Positions 8,012 through 17,565 are shown, counted from the first letter of the stretch. The stretch: DNA of 32,000 nucleotides from Kineococcus radiotolerans SRS30216 = ATCC BAA-149 (GCF_000017305.1 NC_009664.2:2640001-2672000), one strand, 5' to 3'. The notes: a model not told the origin generated them from the letters alone. Made by a program: numbers and translations.

Positions 8012-8892
8012 GCGGCGGGGCGACCGGCGGGGCGACCGGCGGGGCGACGTCCGGCCCCGCCGTCCCCCCGGGCGTCCACACCGCTGTGCACATGACTGTG
8101 GACGACGCTGTGGGCAACCGCTCCCCGGTTGTGGACGACGGGGTGCCGCCCACCGCGGCGCAGCGGCGCAGCGCCGGTCCCGGGCCGCTGGTCCGGCACT
8201 GCGGGCCGCTGCCGCTGCTGGCCGTGGGACTGCTCTGCGCCCTCGGCGCCTTCGCCGTGGAGCGGTGGTGGCAGGCCGCGGGGGCGCTCGCGGTGCAGCT
8301 GCTGTGCCTGCCGCTGGTGGCCGCCGGCGCGCGGGCCCTGGTGCTGCGCTCGCTGCCGCTGCTGGTGGCCGCCGTCTCCGTGGGCTGGTCCACGGTCCTC
8401 GCCGGCGACAGCCCCGATCCGCTGGCGACGGCGCTCACGGCGTCCCTGCGGCTGCTCGTGCTGGTCCTGCCCGGCACCGTCCTGCTGGGCTGGGTGGACC
8501 CCGCCGAGGCCGGGGACCACCTGGCCCAGCGGCTGCGGCTGCCCGGGCGGGTCGTGGTCGCCGTCGTCGCCGCCCTGGGGCAGCTGGGCACCCTGACCGC
8601 CTCGTGGGAGCAGATCGCCGCGGCCCGCCGGGTCCGCGGGTCCGGTCCCGGGCGGGGGCCGGTGTCGCGGGTGCGGTGGTCGGCGTCGACGGCCTTCGGG
8701 CTGCTCGTCGACGCCGTGCGCCGGGCCGGGCGCACCGCGGTCGCGATGGACGCCCGGGGGTTCGCCTCCGACGGCGCGCTGCGGCGCAGCTGGGCGCTGC
8801 CCGCGCCGTGGCGGCGCGCGGACACCGTCCTGCTGCTGGTGGGGACGGCGGTGGCGGCGGTGCCGCTGCTGCTGCGGCTGCTCGTCCCCTGA
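8008..8892 (+). CDS. ykoC: ECF transporter T component (CbiQ/EcfT family, YkoC-like)
   Basis: GTG 8008 overlaps the ykoD TGA (GTGA). An alternative ATG is at 8092. It is a polytopic membrane protein carrying the C-terminal AAARRVRG...AMDARGF motif typical of EcfT/CbiQ. Confidence 0.8.
   Translation: MSGGATGGATGGATSGPAVPPGVHTAVHMTVDDAVGNRSPVVDDGVPPTAAQRRSAGPGPLVRHCGPLPLLAVGLLCALGAFAVERWWQAAGALAVQLLCLPLVAAGARALVLRSLPLLVAAVSVGWSTVLAGDSPDPLATALTASLRLLVLVLPGTVLLGWVDPAEAGDHLAQRLRLPGRVVVAVVAALGQLGTLTASWEQIAAARRVRGSGPGRGPVSRVRWSASTAFGLLVDAVRRAGRTAVAMDARGFASDGALRRSWALPAPWRRADTVLLLVGTAVAAVPLLLRLLVP
8014..8049 (+). repeat. 12-nt tandem repeat x3 (GGCGGGGCGACC)
   Basis: Three consecutive units, with the last base of unit 3 changed. 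They encode (GGAT)3 at the putative ykoC N-terminus. Confidence 0.8.
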
Positions 8893-8914
8893 CCCGACCC
8901 GGCGGGGTCAGGGG
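8886..8914. terminator. Bidirectional 10-bp stem-loop spanning both convergent stop codons
   Basis: CCCCTGACCC (8886-8895), 9-nt loop, GGGTCAGGGG (8905-8914). It contains the ykoC TGA and the DUF3616-like gene's TCA. Confidence 0.5.
8889..8901 (+). repeat. Copy 1 of the 13-mer CTGACCCGACCCG, fused to a TGA stop
   Basis: Identical 13-mers occur at 8889, 14219 and 25256. In each, the TGA is the stop codon of a plus-strand gene. Confidence 0.8.
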
Positions 8915-10086
8915 CGGGGCAGCTCCCACAGGTCGGCCAGCACCGCGCCCGCGGCGGTGTGCCGCCCGGGGGCGGGGGAGTCCAGGACGACCAGGAGCTG
9001 CGCGGGCGCCCCGGGCACCCCGGGGTCCGGGGGGAGCAGCGCGATGCCCTCGGGGTGGTCCTCGCCCTGGCCGTGCGGCAGGTCCAGGACGACGGGGAGC
9101 TCGGCGCGGCGCACGACGTCGGCGGCCTCGGCCCGGCCCGCGCCGATCCAGCGGTGCACCCGCACCGGGCCCGAGAGCCCCATCGAGGGGCCGCTGAGGA
9201 CGAGCAGGTCGTCGCCGTCGGGGCAGAGGTCGCGGACGCCGAGCCCGTGCAGGTCCAGCAGGTGCAGCCGGTAGGTGCCCCGGTCGGGGCCGTCGCCGAA
9301 CTCCTCGAGGACGAGGCGGTCGGGGTGCTTGCGGTGCGTCGCCGGGCGCAGCTCCAGCACCACCGCCCACCCGCGCAGCACCGGGCCGCGCAGGCCCGCG
9401 TAGAGGCGGACCCCGTCCGCGGAGCGGTGGACGGCCACGCCCTCGACGTCGAGGCCGTTGTCCTTGGAGGGGATGGTCAGGAACGGTGCGAGGAGGTCGT
9501 CGCCGGCGAGGTGGGTCGTCAGGTCGTCGTCGTGGGCGCCGAGGACGGCCGCGGTGAGGGTCTCGCCGTCGACGGTGACCTCGCGCGCCGGCAGCCCGGT
9601 GGCGGGGTCGACCGGCAGCCGGACGAGGACGTAGCGGTTGGGTTCGCGCACGACCTTCCCCAGCCGCTTGCGGGCCTTGGCGTCGGGGTCGTGGTCGCGG
9701 ATCCGCTTGCGCTTGAGGCTGTGCGAGCCGATCGCCCACAGCCAGGGCCCGCTGCGGGCGAGGCCCTCGACGTCGGCCTCCTCCTCGTGGGGGCCGGGCA
9801 GGTCGACCAGCTCGGCCAGCGGCACGCTGACCTGGTGGCCGAAGCCGTCGGCGGTGCCGTCGCCGCCGAGCGCGGTGAGCCGCTCGAGGGTGGCGGTCTC
9901 GTCGCCGGCGAGCCACAGGTGGCGCCCGTCGGTGCGGACGGCGGAGAGGTTGACGTGGGTCGACGTCGCCTTCGACGCCTCGTCGAAGAACAGCGGGACC
10001 TGCCGCGACGGGTGCACGCCCGGACAACGACCCGGCGGGGCCGCCGGTTCCGGGAACAGACGGGCCCCTCCGGCAGTTGAGCCCAT
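8908..10086 (-). CDS. DUF3616-like conserved hypothetical protein
   Basis: 392 aa from ATG 10086. The track ORF extends to 10194 but would overlap the dnaK start. High GC3 throughout. Strings such as LYAGLRGPVLRGWAVVLEL and IPSKDNGLDVEGVAV match my memory of DUF3616. This is not verifiable here. Confidence 0.6.
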   Translation of the reverse strand: MGSTAGGARLFPEPAAPPGRCPGVHPSRQVPLFFDEASKATSTHVNLSAVRTDGRHLWLAGDETATLERLTALGGDGTADGFGHQVSVPLAELVDLPGPHEEEADVEGLARSGPWLWAIGSHSLKRKRIRDHDPDAKARKRLGKVVREPNRYVLVRLPVDPATGLPAREVTVDGETLTAAVLGAHDDDLTTHLAGDDLLAPFLTIPSKDNGLDVEGVAVHRSADGVRLYAGLRGPVLRGWAVVLELRPATHRKHPDRLVLEEFGDGPDRGTYRLHLLDLHGLGVRDLCPDGDDLLVLSGPSMGLSGPVRVHRWIGAGRAEAADVVRRAELPVVLDLPHGQGEDHPEGIALLPPDPGVPGAPAQLLVVLDSPAPGRHTAAGAVLADLWELPRP

Positions 10087-10096
10087 CAGACTCAAG
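10076..10096. promoter_or_regulatory. HAIR (HspR-associated inverted repeat), distal copy
   Basis: GTTGAGC-CCATCAG-ACTCAAG compared with the consensus CTTGAGT-N7-ACTCAAG. Confidence 0.7.
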
Positions 10097-10111
10097 TTCG
10101 CCGGTCTCCAC

Positions 10112-10117
10112 TTGACA
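10112..10117 (+). promoter_or_regulatory. Candidate dnaK promoter -35 hexamer TTGACA
   Basis: Perfect TTGACA. Seventeen nt downstream is GAACTT, which overlaps the proximal HAIR. Confidence 0.4.
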
Positions 10118-10137
10118 GATCCGGAGCCCTCCGCGAA

Positions 10138-10158
10138 CTTGAGTGGAGAACGCTCAAC
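10138..10158. promoter_or_regulatory. HAIR (HspR operator), proximal copy
   Basis: CTTGAGT-GGAGAAC-GCTCAAC, 30 nt upstream of the dnaK ATG. Confidence 0.7.
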
Positions 10159-10187
10159 CGTCAGCGACACGAAAGAGGGCACTTCCC

Positions 10188-12058
<1,871 letters not shown>

Positions 12059-12059
<1 letters not shown>

Positions 12060-12640
12060 TGGCGGAGGAGTTCCCCGAGCCGGCCGTCGTCCGGGACAAC
12101 CGCCGCATCGACCCCGAGACCGGCGAGGTGCGCGCCGCCTCCCCCGCGGGGGAGGCGGCCCCGGCCGCCCCCTCGGTGGGGGGCCCGGACGACGGGGCGG
12201 CCGAGGCCGACCGCGACGCGGCGCAGTCCCTGGCCGCCGAGCGCCTCGACGAGCTGCAGCGGCTGAACGCGGAGTACGCGAACTACCGCAAGCGCGTCGA
12301 TCGCGACCGCGACGTCGCCCGGAACACGGCGCTGGCCGGGGTGGCCGAGTCGCTGCTGCCGGTCCTCGACGACATCCACCTCGCCCGTCAGCACGGTGAC
12401 CTCACCGGGCCGTTCGCGGCGATCGCGGACAAGCTCGAGGCCACGCTCACCCGGTTCGGGCTCGAGCGCTACGGCCAGGACGGCGAGCCGTTCGACCCGG
12501 CCGTCCACGAGGCGCTCATGCACAGCCACTCCGACGAGTACGAGGTCGCCACGTGCGTCACCGTCCTGCAGCCGGGCTACCGGTTCGCGGACCGGGTGCT
12601 GCGCCCGGCCCGCGTCGCGGTGGCCGACCCGCAGGGATGA
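12059..12640 (+). CDS. grpE: Nucleotide exchange factor GrpE
   Basis: The ATG overlaps the dnaK TGA (TGATG). An in-frame GTG lies at 12056. Motifs: LQRLNAEYANYRKRVDRD and FDPAVHEALMH...V..GY. Confidence 0.93.
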
Positions 12641-12668
12641 CCGACCGATCGAAGGAGGGGGGACGCCG

Positions 12669-13718
12669 GTGAGCATGCAGGACTGGGCCGAGAAGGACTT
12701 CTACGCCGTTCTCGGTGTCGCCCACGACGCGGACGCCGCGGAGATCAAGAAGGCGTACCGCAAGAAGGCCCGCACCCTGCACCCGGACGCCAACCCGGGT
12801 GACGCGGCCGCGGAGCTGCGCTTCAAGGAGGTCGGGGAGGCCTACGCGGTCCTCTCCGACCCCGAGCAGCGCCGGCAGTACGACGGCGTCCGCGCCATGG
12901 TCGGCGGCGGGGCCCGGTTCTCCTCCGGGGGTTCCGGGCCCGCCGGCGGCGCGGGGTTCGAGGACCTCCTCGGGGGGTTGTTCGGGCAGGGCGGGGGACG
13001 CGCCCCCGGCGGGGTGCGCTTCGGCACCCCCGGCGGTGCGCCCGGGGGAGGTTTCGAGGACCTGCTCGGCGGGTTGTTCGGGCAGGCGGGCGGCGGCGCG
13101 GGCTTCCCCGGGGGTTTCCCCGGGGCGGGTCAGCAGGCCCCGCCGCAGCGCGGCCAGGACCTCGAGGCCTCGGCCCGGGTCTCCTTCCGCGACGCCCTCG
13201 ACGGCAAGACGGTCTCCCTGCGGGTCCCCGACCCGCGCGGGGGACCGGTCCGCACCGTCAACGCCCGGCTGCCGCAGGGCGTCCGCGACGGGCAGAAGGT
13301 CCGCTTGCGCGGCAAGGGGATGCCCGGGCCCGGGGGGACGGCGGGCGACCTGCTCGTCACCGTGCAGGTGGAACCGCACCCGGTGTTCCGCCGCGACGGC
13401 GACGACCTGCGGATGACGCTGCCGGTCTCCTTCGACGAGGCCGTGCTCGGGGCGACGGTCGAGGTCCCCACCCTGGACGGCACGACCGTCAGGGTGAAGG
13501 TCCCCGCCGGGACCCCCTCGGGGCGCTCGCTGCGGCTGAAGGGCCGCGGCGTGCAGCGCTCGCGCTCCGGGGACGACCGCGGCGACCTGTTCGTGACCGT
13601 CGAGGTCGTCGTGCCGCAGCGCGTCGACGGCGCGGCGCGCGAGGCCGTCGAGGCGTTCGCGCGGGCGACCGCGGGCGACGACCCGCGCGCCGGCCTGGCC
13701 GACCGCGCCCGCAGCTGA
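12669..13718 (+). CDS. dnaJ: J-domain co-chaperone DnaJ, class B-like (no zinc-finger domain)
   Basis: GTG 12669 follows GAAGGAGGGGGG. An alternative ATG is at 12675. It has a J domain with HPD (RTLHPDANP), a long G/F region and C-terminal substrate-binding domains. There is no CxxCxGxG motif and no cysteine anywhere in the protein. Confidence 0.9.
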   Translation: MSMQDWAEKDFYAVLGVAHDADAAEIKKAYRKKARTLHPDANPGDAAAELRFKEVGEAYAVLSDPEQRRQYDGVRAMVGGGARFSSGGSGPAGGAGFEDLLGGLFGQGGGRAPGGVRFGTPGGAPGGGFEDLLGGLFGQAGGGAGFPGGFPGAGQQAPPQRGQDLEASARVSFRDALDGKTVSLRVPDPRGGPVRTVNARLPQGVRDGQKVRLRGKGMPGPGGTAGDLLVTVQVEPHPVFRRDGDDLRMTLPVSFDEAVLGATVEVPTLDGTTVRVKVPAGTPSGRSLRLKGRGVQRSRSGDDRGDLFVTVEVVVPQRVDGAAREAVEAFARATAGDDPRAGLADRARS

Positions 13719-13737
13719 CGCCGGTCCACCGCTGGGG

Positions 13738-13770
13738 GCGGTGACCTCGCGCGACCCGCGAGGTCACCGC
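13738..13770 (+). promoter_or_regulatory. Perfect 14-bp intercistronic stem-loop between dnaJ and hspR
   Basis: GCGGTGACCTCGCG, loop CGACC, CGCGAGGTCACCGC. It starts 20 nt after the dnaJ stop and ends 30 nt before the hspR start. No T-tract. Confidence 0.6.
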
Positions 13771-13799
13771 CCCGGCGCACGAGACGAGGGGAGAGGGAG

Positions 13800-14222
13800 T
13801 TGTACGACGACGACACCGCGCTGTTCGTGATCTCGGTCGCGGCGGAACTCGCGGGCATGCACCCGCAGACGCTGCGCCAGTACGACCGCCTCGGCCTCGT
13901 CTCGCCCAGCCGGGCCCGCGGCCGCGGCCGGCGCTACTCCGCGCGCGACGTCGCGCAGCTGCGCGAGGTGCAGCGGCTGTCCCAGGAGGACGGCGTGAAC
14001 CTCGCCGGCATCAAGCGCATCATGGACCTGGAGAACCAGGTCCTCGCCCTCGGCCAGCGCGTCGAGGAGCTCGAGGCCGAGATCGCCCTCGTCCGCCAGC
14101 AGGCCCGGCGGATCTTCGCCGCCGGGATGGCCGGGGACATCGTGGCCACGCCGATGGGGCGCCGCCCGGAGTCCCAGCGCTCCACCGCGCTGGTCGTCTG
14201 GCGTCCCGAAACCCGCCGCTGA
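13800..14222 (+). CDS. hspR: Heat-shock repressor HspR (MerR family)
   Basis: TTG start follows GGGGAGAGGGAG. The MerR HTH is FVISVAAELAGMHPQTLRQYDRLGLVSPSR..GRRYSARDV. It is the last gene of the dnaK-grpE-dnaJ operon, and HAIR sites are present in the window. Confidence 0.9.
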   Translation: MYDDDTALFVISVAAELAGMHPQTLRQYDRLGLVSPSRARGRGRRYSARDVAQLREVQRLSQEDGVNLAGIKRIMDLENQVLALGQRVEELEAEIALVRQQARRIFAAGMAGDIVATPMGRRPESQRSTALVVWRPETRR

Positions 14223-14231
14223 CCCGACCCG
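14219..14231 (+). repeat. Copy 2 of the 13-mer CTGACCCGACCCG, fused to the hspR TGA
   Basis: Identical to the copies at 8889 and 25256. It is followed by GTGGGG, which contains the next gene's GTG start. Confidence 0.8.
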
Positions 14232-15272
14232 GTGGGGCATGATCCCGCCGTGACCTCCTCCCCGTCCGGACCGGACGTCCTCGCCGTCGGCTCCTACACC
14301 GCCGCCACCGGCGGGCGGGGCGCCGGCGTGACGCTGCTGCCGCGCGACCCCCGCACGGGCCGGCTGGGGCGGCCCGGGCTCGTCGAGGGCTGCTCCTCGC
14401 CGTCCTTCCTGGCCGCGGGCGCGCCGGGCACCGGGCTGGTGCACGCCGCCCACGAGCTCGACGAGGGCCGCGTCTCCACCCGCCGCTTCGACGGCCGGGC
14501 CTGGGAGCTGCGGGGGGAGTCCCCCAGCGGCGGCGCCTCGCCGTGCCACCTCACCCTCGCCGGGGAGTTCCTGCTCGCGGCGAACTACGGCGGCGGCGTC
14601 GGCGTGCTCGACCTGGACGGCGGGGCCGTCCGGGGGCTGCGCCAGACGCTGCGCGGCGAGGGGTCCGGTCCCGACACCGACCGGCAGGACGCCTCCCACC
14701 CGCACTCCACCCGGCTCCTGGGCGACGACGCGTTCGCCGTGCTCGACCTCGGCACCGACGAGGTCCGCGTGCACGCCCTGGACGCCGCCGGCGCCTCGCC
14801 CGAACCCGTGCAGGTCCTCGACCTGGCCCCCGGCACCGGACCGCGCCACGCCGTCGTCGACGGGGACCGCCTCCACGTCGTCGGCGAGCTCGACGTCACC
14901 GTCACCTCGTTCGCGCTGCGCGCGGGCCGGTTGTCCGACCCCGTCGTCACCCCCGCCCTGGCCGGGCCGGGGCCCGCGGCGGGACGGGTCCACCCCTCCG
15001 AGGTCGCCCGCGCCCCGTGGGGGCTGGTCGTCGCCCACCGCGGCGCCGACGTGCTCACCCTCCTCGACCTCGTCGACGGGGTCCCCCGGCCCGTGCGCGA
15101 CGTCGCGATCGGGGCGCGGAACCCGCGGCACGTGCTCGTGCTCGGCCACCACCTCTACGTCGCCGCCCAGGACTCCGACCTCGTCGTCCACCTCACCCTG
15201 GGCGAGGACTTGAGCGTCGTCGACCGCTCCGCCGTCGAGGTCGGGTCCCCGACCTGCGTGCTGCCGCTCTGA
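14232..15272 (+). CDS. Lactonase, 7-bladed beta-propeller family (6-phosphogluconolactonase/YbhE-like)
   Basis: 346 aa. Repeated blade signatures include SPCHLTLAGEFLLAANYGGG, SHPHST, GTGPRHAVVDGDRLHVV and ARNPRHVLVLGHHLYVAAQ. Start is GTG 14232 or 14250. Confidence 0.7.
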   Translation: MGHDPAVTSSPSGPDVLAVGSYTAATGGRGAGVTLLPRDPRTGRLGRPGLVEGCSSPSFLAAGAPGTGLVHAAHELDEGRVSTRRFDGRAWELRGESPSGGASPCHLTLAGEFLLAANYGGGVGVLDLDGGAVRGLRQTLRGEGSGPDTDRQDASHPHSTRLLGDDAFAVLDLGTDEVRVHALDAAGASPEPVQVLDLAPGTGPRHAVVDGDRLHVVGELDVTVTSFALRAGRLSDPVVTPALAGPGPAAGRVHPSEVARAPWGLVVAHRGADVLTLLDLVDGVPRPVRDVAIGARNPRHVLVLGHHLYVAAQDSDLVVHLTLGEDLSVVDRSAVEVGSPTCVLPL

Positions 15273-15335
15273 GCCGCCGGCGCGTCCCGGCCGCCGGGGT
15301 GCGTGGGAGGGCGCCGGAGCGGGCAGGGGAGAGGC

Positions 15336-16037
15336 ATGACGAACCCACGCCACAACGGGCTGCGGTCCGTGGCCGACCAGACCGAGGACGAACGGGGCGG
15401 CCCGGGCAGCATCCTGTCCCGGCAGAGCCGCGACCACGCCGAGCTCGACGAGCTGATGCGTTCCTACGACGCGACGAGCGACCCCGGCGAGCGCGGCCGC
15501 ATCGTCGCGGAGGTGGGGGAGCGTGCCCTGCGGCACGCCTTCGCCGAGGAGACCGTGCTGTTCCCCGCGTACCGCAGGCTGCTGGCCGACGGCGACGACG
15601 AGCTGACCCGCCACATCGAGGGCGACCACCAGACGGTGAACGAGGCGCTGGAGGCGCTGCAGCGCGCCGACCCGGCGTCGGCGGACTACGACGCGACCGT
15701 CCGGCACGCCTTCGAGGTCATCCGCCACGACGCCCACGACGAGGAGGACGACCTCCTGCCGCGGTTGCAGCAGGTGGCGGGGGTGCACGAGCTGCGCGCG
15801 ATCGGGGCGGCCTGGGAGCTGCAGCGCCGGACGTCCCCGACGCGACCGCACCCGCGCATCCCCCGCGAACCCCCGGGCAACGTCCTGACCGGGATCCCGC
15901 TCGCGGTGTCCGACCGCGTGAAGGACGGCGTGGACCACCTGCTGCCCGTGGGCAGCACCCGTCGCCGGCTGGCGGCCCCGGTCGTCGTGGTGGCCGTCGT
16001 CGCGGTGCTGGTGATCGGGGGGCGGCGGCGGTCCTGA
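15336..16037 (+). CDS. Hemerythrin (HHE cation-binding) domain protein with C-terminal TM anchor
   Basis: ATG 15336 follows GGGGAGAGG. H/E/D ligand pattern: RDHAELD, RHAFAEE, HIEGDH, IRHDAHDEEDD. The C-terminus is hydrophobic: AAPVVVVAVVAVLVIGG. Confidence 0.7.
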   Translation: MTNPRHNGLRSVADQTEDERGGPGSILSRQSRDHAELDELMRSYDATSDPGERGRIVAEVGERALRHAFAEETVLFPAYRRLLADGDDELTRHIEGDHQTVNEALEALQRADPASADYDATVRHAFEVIRHDAHDEEDDLLPRLQQVAGVHELRAIGAAWELQRRTSPTRPHPRIPREPPGNVLTGIPLAVSDRVKDGVDHLLPVGSTRRRLAAPVVVVAVVAVLVIGGRRRS

Positions 16038-16079
16038 ACCCGGTGGACGGCGCGGGCCGCGCCGGGTCAGGGTGGCGGG

Positions 16080-17054
16080 GTGAGCGACGAGCCCGCCGGC
16101 CCGCCGGGCGACCTCCCGGGCGACCTCCCGGACGACCTCCCCGGTGACCTCCCGGGTGACGAGGTCCTGGTCGGGGGCGGGGTGAACCGGGTGGTGCGCC
16201 GCGGGGACCGCGTCCTGCGCCCGACCGGGCCGTGGTCGGTGCGGGTGCACGACCTGCTGCGCCGGCTGGAGGCGGCGGGCTTCGACGCCGCGCCCCGCGT
16301 GCACGGCGCGGCCGGGGGCCGGGAGGAGCTGGACTTCCTGCCCGGGACCGTCGGGAACTACCCGGTGAGCGACGAGGCGGCCTCGGCGACGGCGCTGCGC
16401 ACCGCGGCGGAGCTCCTGCGCGACTACCACCGTGCCACCGCGGGGTTCGCCCGCGCGCTGCCCCGGGAGGGGTGGCTGCTGCCGGTGCGCGAGCCCGTCG
16501 AGGTCGTCTGCCACGGCGACTACGCCCCGCACAACTGCGTCCTCGACGGCGAGCGGGTGGTCGGCCTCATCGACTTCGACACCGCCCGCCCCGGGCCCCG
16601 CCTGACCGACCTGGGCGTCGCGGCCTACCGGTGGGTGCCGCTGTCGGACCCGGCCCACGAGGGGGTCCGCCCCGGCACCGCGGAGCAGGCCGCCCGGCTC
16701 GCGGCGTTCTGCGACGCCTACGGCGCGAGCGCGGTGGAGCGACGGGGCCTCGTCGACGCCGTCCTCGAGCACCTGGACCTGCTGGTCCGGCACATGCACG
16801 AGCAGGCGGGCGCGGGGGTGGCGGCGTTCGCGCAGCACGTCGCCGACGGCCACGACGAGCTCTACCGGGCCGACGCCCGCTACGTGGGCGCCCACCGCGC
16901 GGTCCTCGAGGCCGCGGTCCTCGCGGGGGAGCCCGGGCGCGAGCGCGGGGGGAAGCACGGTGGTGGGCCCGGTGTTGGGACCGGTGGCGCCGGGAGCCCG
17001 TCCGCTCCGTCGTCGAGGAACGCCGAACGCTCAGGAGGAGAAGGACATGACTGA
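16080..17054 (+). CDS. Phosphotransferase (APH/choline-kinase-like kinase family) protein
   Basis: The Brenner/catalytic motif is [14 protein letters not shown] and the metal-binding motif is GLIDFDTA. The N-terminus carries (PGDL)4. The stop overlaps the rpiB start by 8 nt. Confidence 0.75.
   Translation: MSDEPAGPPGDLPGDLPDDLPGDLPGDEVLVGGGVNRVVRRGDRVLRPTGPWSVRVHDLLRRLEAAGFDAAPRVHGAAGGREELDFLPGTVGNYPVSDEAASATALRTAAELLRDYHRATAGFARALPREGWLLPVREPVEVVCHGDYAPHNCVLDGERVVGLIDFDTARPGPRLTDLGVAAYRWVPLSDPAHEGVRPGTAEQAARLAAFCDAYGASAVERRGLVDAVLEHLDLLVRHMHEQAGAGVAAFAQHVADGHDELYRADARYVGAHRAVLEAAVLAGEPGRERGGKHGGGPGVGTGGAGSPSAPSSRNAERSGGEGHD
16104..16160 (+). repeat. 12-nt tandem repeat, about 4.75 units (CCGGGCGACCTC)
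   Basis: Encodes [19 protein letters not shown] at the kinase N-terminus. Confidence 0.8.
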
Positions 17055-17550
17055 TCTGCAGTGGCGCGTGGTGCTGGCCGCCGACGAGGCGGGTGTCTCC
17101 TACAAGGACGCCATCAAGGCGGACCTGCTGAAGGACCCCCGCGTGAAGGAGGTCCTCGACGTCGGCGTGAACGGTGACGACGACAAGACCGCCTACCCCC
17201 ACGTGGCCGTCGCCGCCGCCCGCAAGATCGCCGCCGGTGAGGCCGACCGCGGCATCCTCGTCTGCGGCACCGGCATGGGCGTGGCCATCGCGGCGAACAA
17301 GGTCCCCGGCATCCGCGCCTCGGTGGCCCACGACTCCTTCTCCGTGGAGCGCCTGGTGCTCTCCAACGACGGTCAGGTCCTGACCCTGGGCGAGCGGGTC
17401 ATCGGCAAGGAGCTGGCCCGTCGCCTGGCCAAGGAGTTCCTCGGCTACGTCTTCGACCCCAGCTCCGCCTCCGCGGCCAAGGTCGAGGCCATCACCGGTT
17501 ACGAGACCGTGGCCAACACCGACGCCGACGTGGCCGCCTCCTCCTGCTGA
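17047..17550 (+). CDS. rpiB: Sugar-phosphate isomerase, RpiB/LacA/LacB family (ribose-5-phosphate isomerase B-like)
   Basis: ATG 17047 follows CAGGAGGAGAAGG. Motifs: [24 protein letters not shown] and HDSFS...[15 protein letters not shown]. Confidence 0.85.
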   Translation: MTDLQWRVVLAADEAGVSYKDAIKADLLKDPRVKEVLDVGVNGDDDKTAYPHVAVAAARKIAAGEADRGILVCGTGMGVAIAANKVPGIRASVAHDSFSVERLVLSNDGQVLTLGERVIGKELARRLAKEFLGYVFDPSSASAAKVEAITGYETVANTDADVAASSC

Positions 17551-17565
17551 ACCGGCCCGGCGGGC

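Noticed and set aside
8014-8049. Short tandem repeats (12-nt at 8014 and 16104, 15-nt at 30211) as CRISPR-like or minisatellite elements
   Set aside because: The units are only 12-15 nt, directly abutting with no spacers, in frame, and they encode low-complexity peptide repeats within ORFs. They are not CRISPR arrays.
13764-16958. 1064-aa minus-strand ORF, the longest in the track
   Set aside because: It is Arg/Gly/Pro/Ala-rich low-complexity sequence with no recognisable domains. It lies exactly antisense to four well-supported plus-strand genes (hspR, lactonase, hemerythrin, kinase). This is a classic high-GC shadow ORF.
16080-17054. The two APH-family genes (16080..17054 and 28594..29453) as aminoglycoside resistance determinants
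   Set aside because: The APH/ChoK-like fold is very broad. Neither gene has resistance-gene context such as mobile elements or rRNA methylases, and one is frameshifted. The sequence alone gives no basis for a resistance claim.
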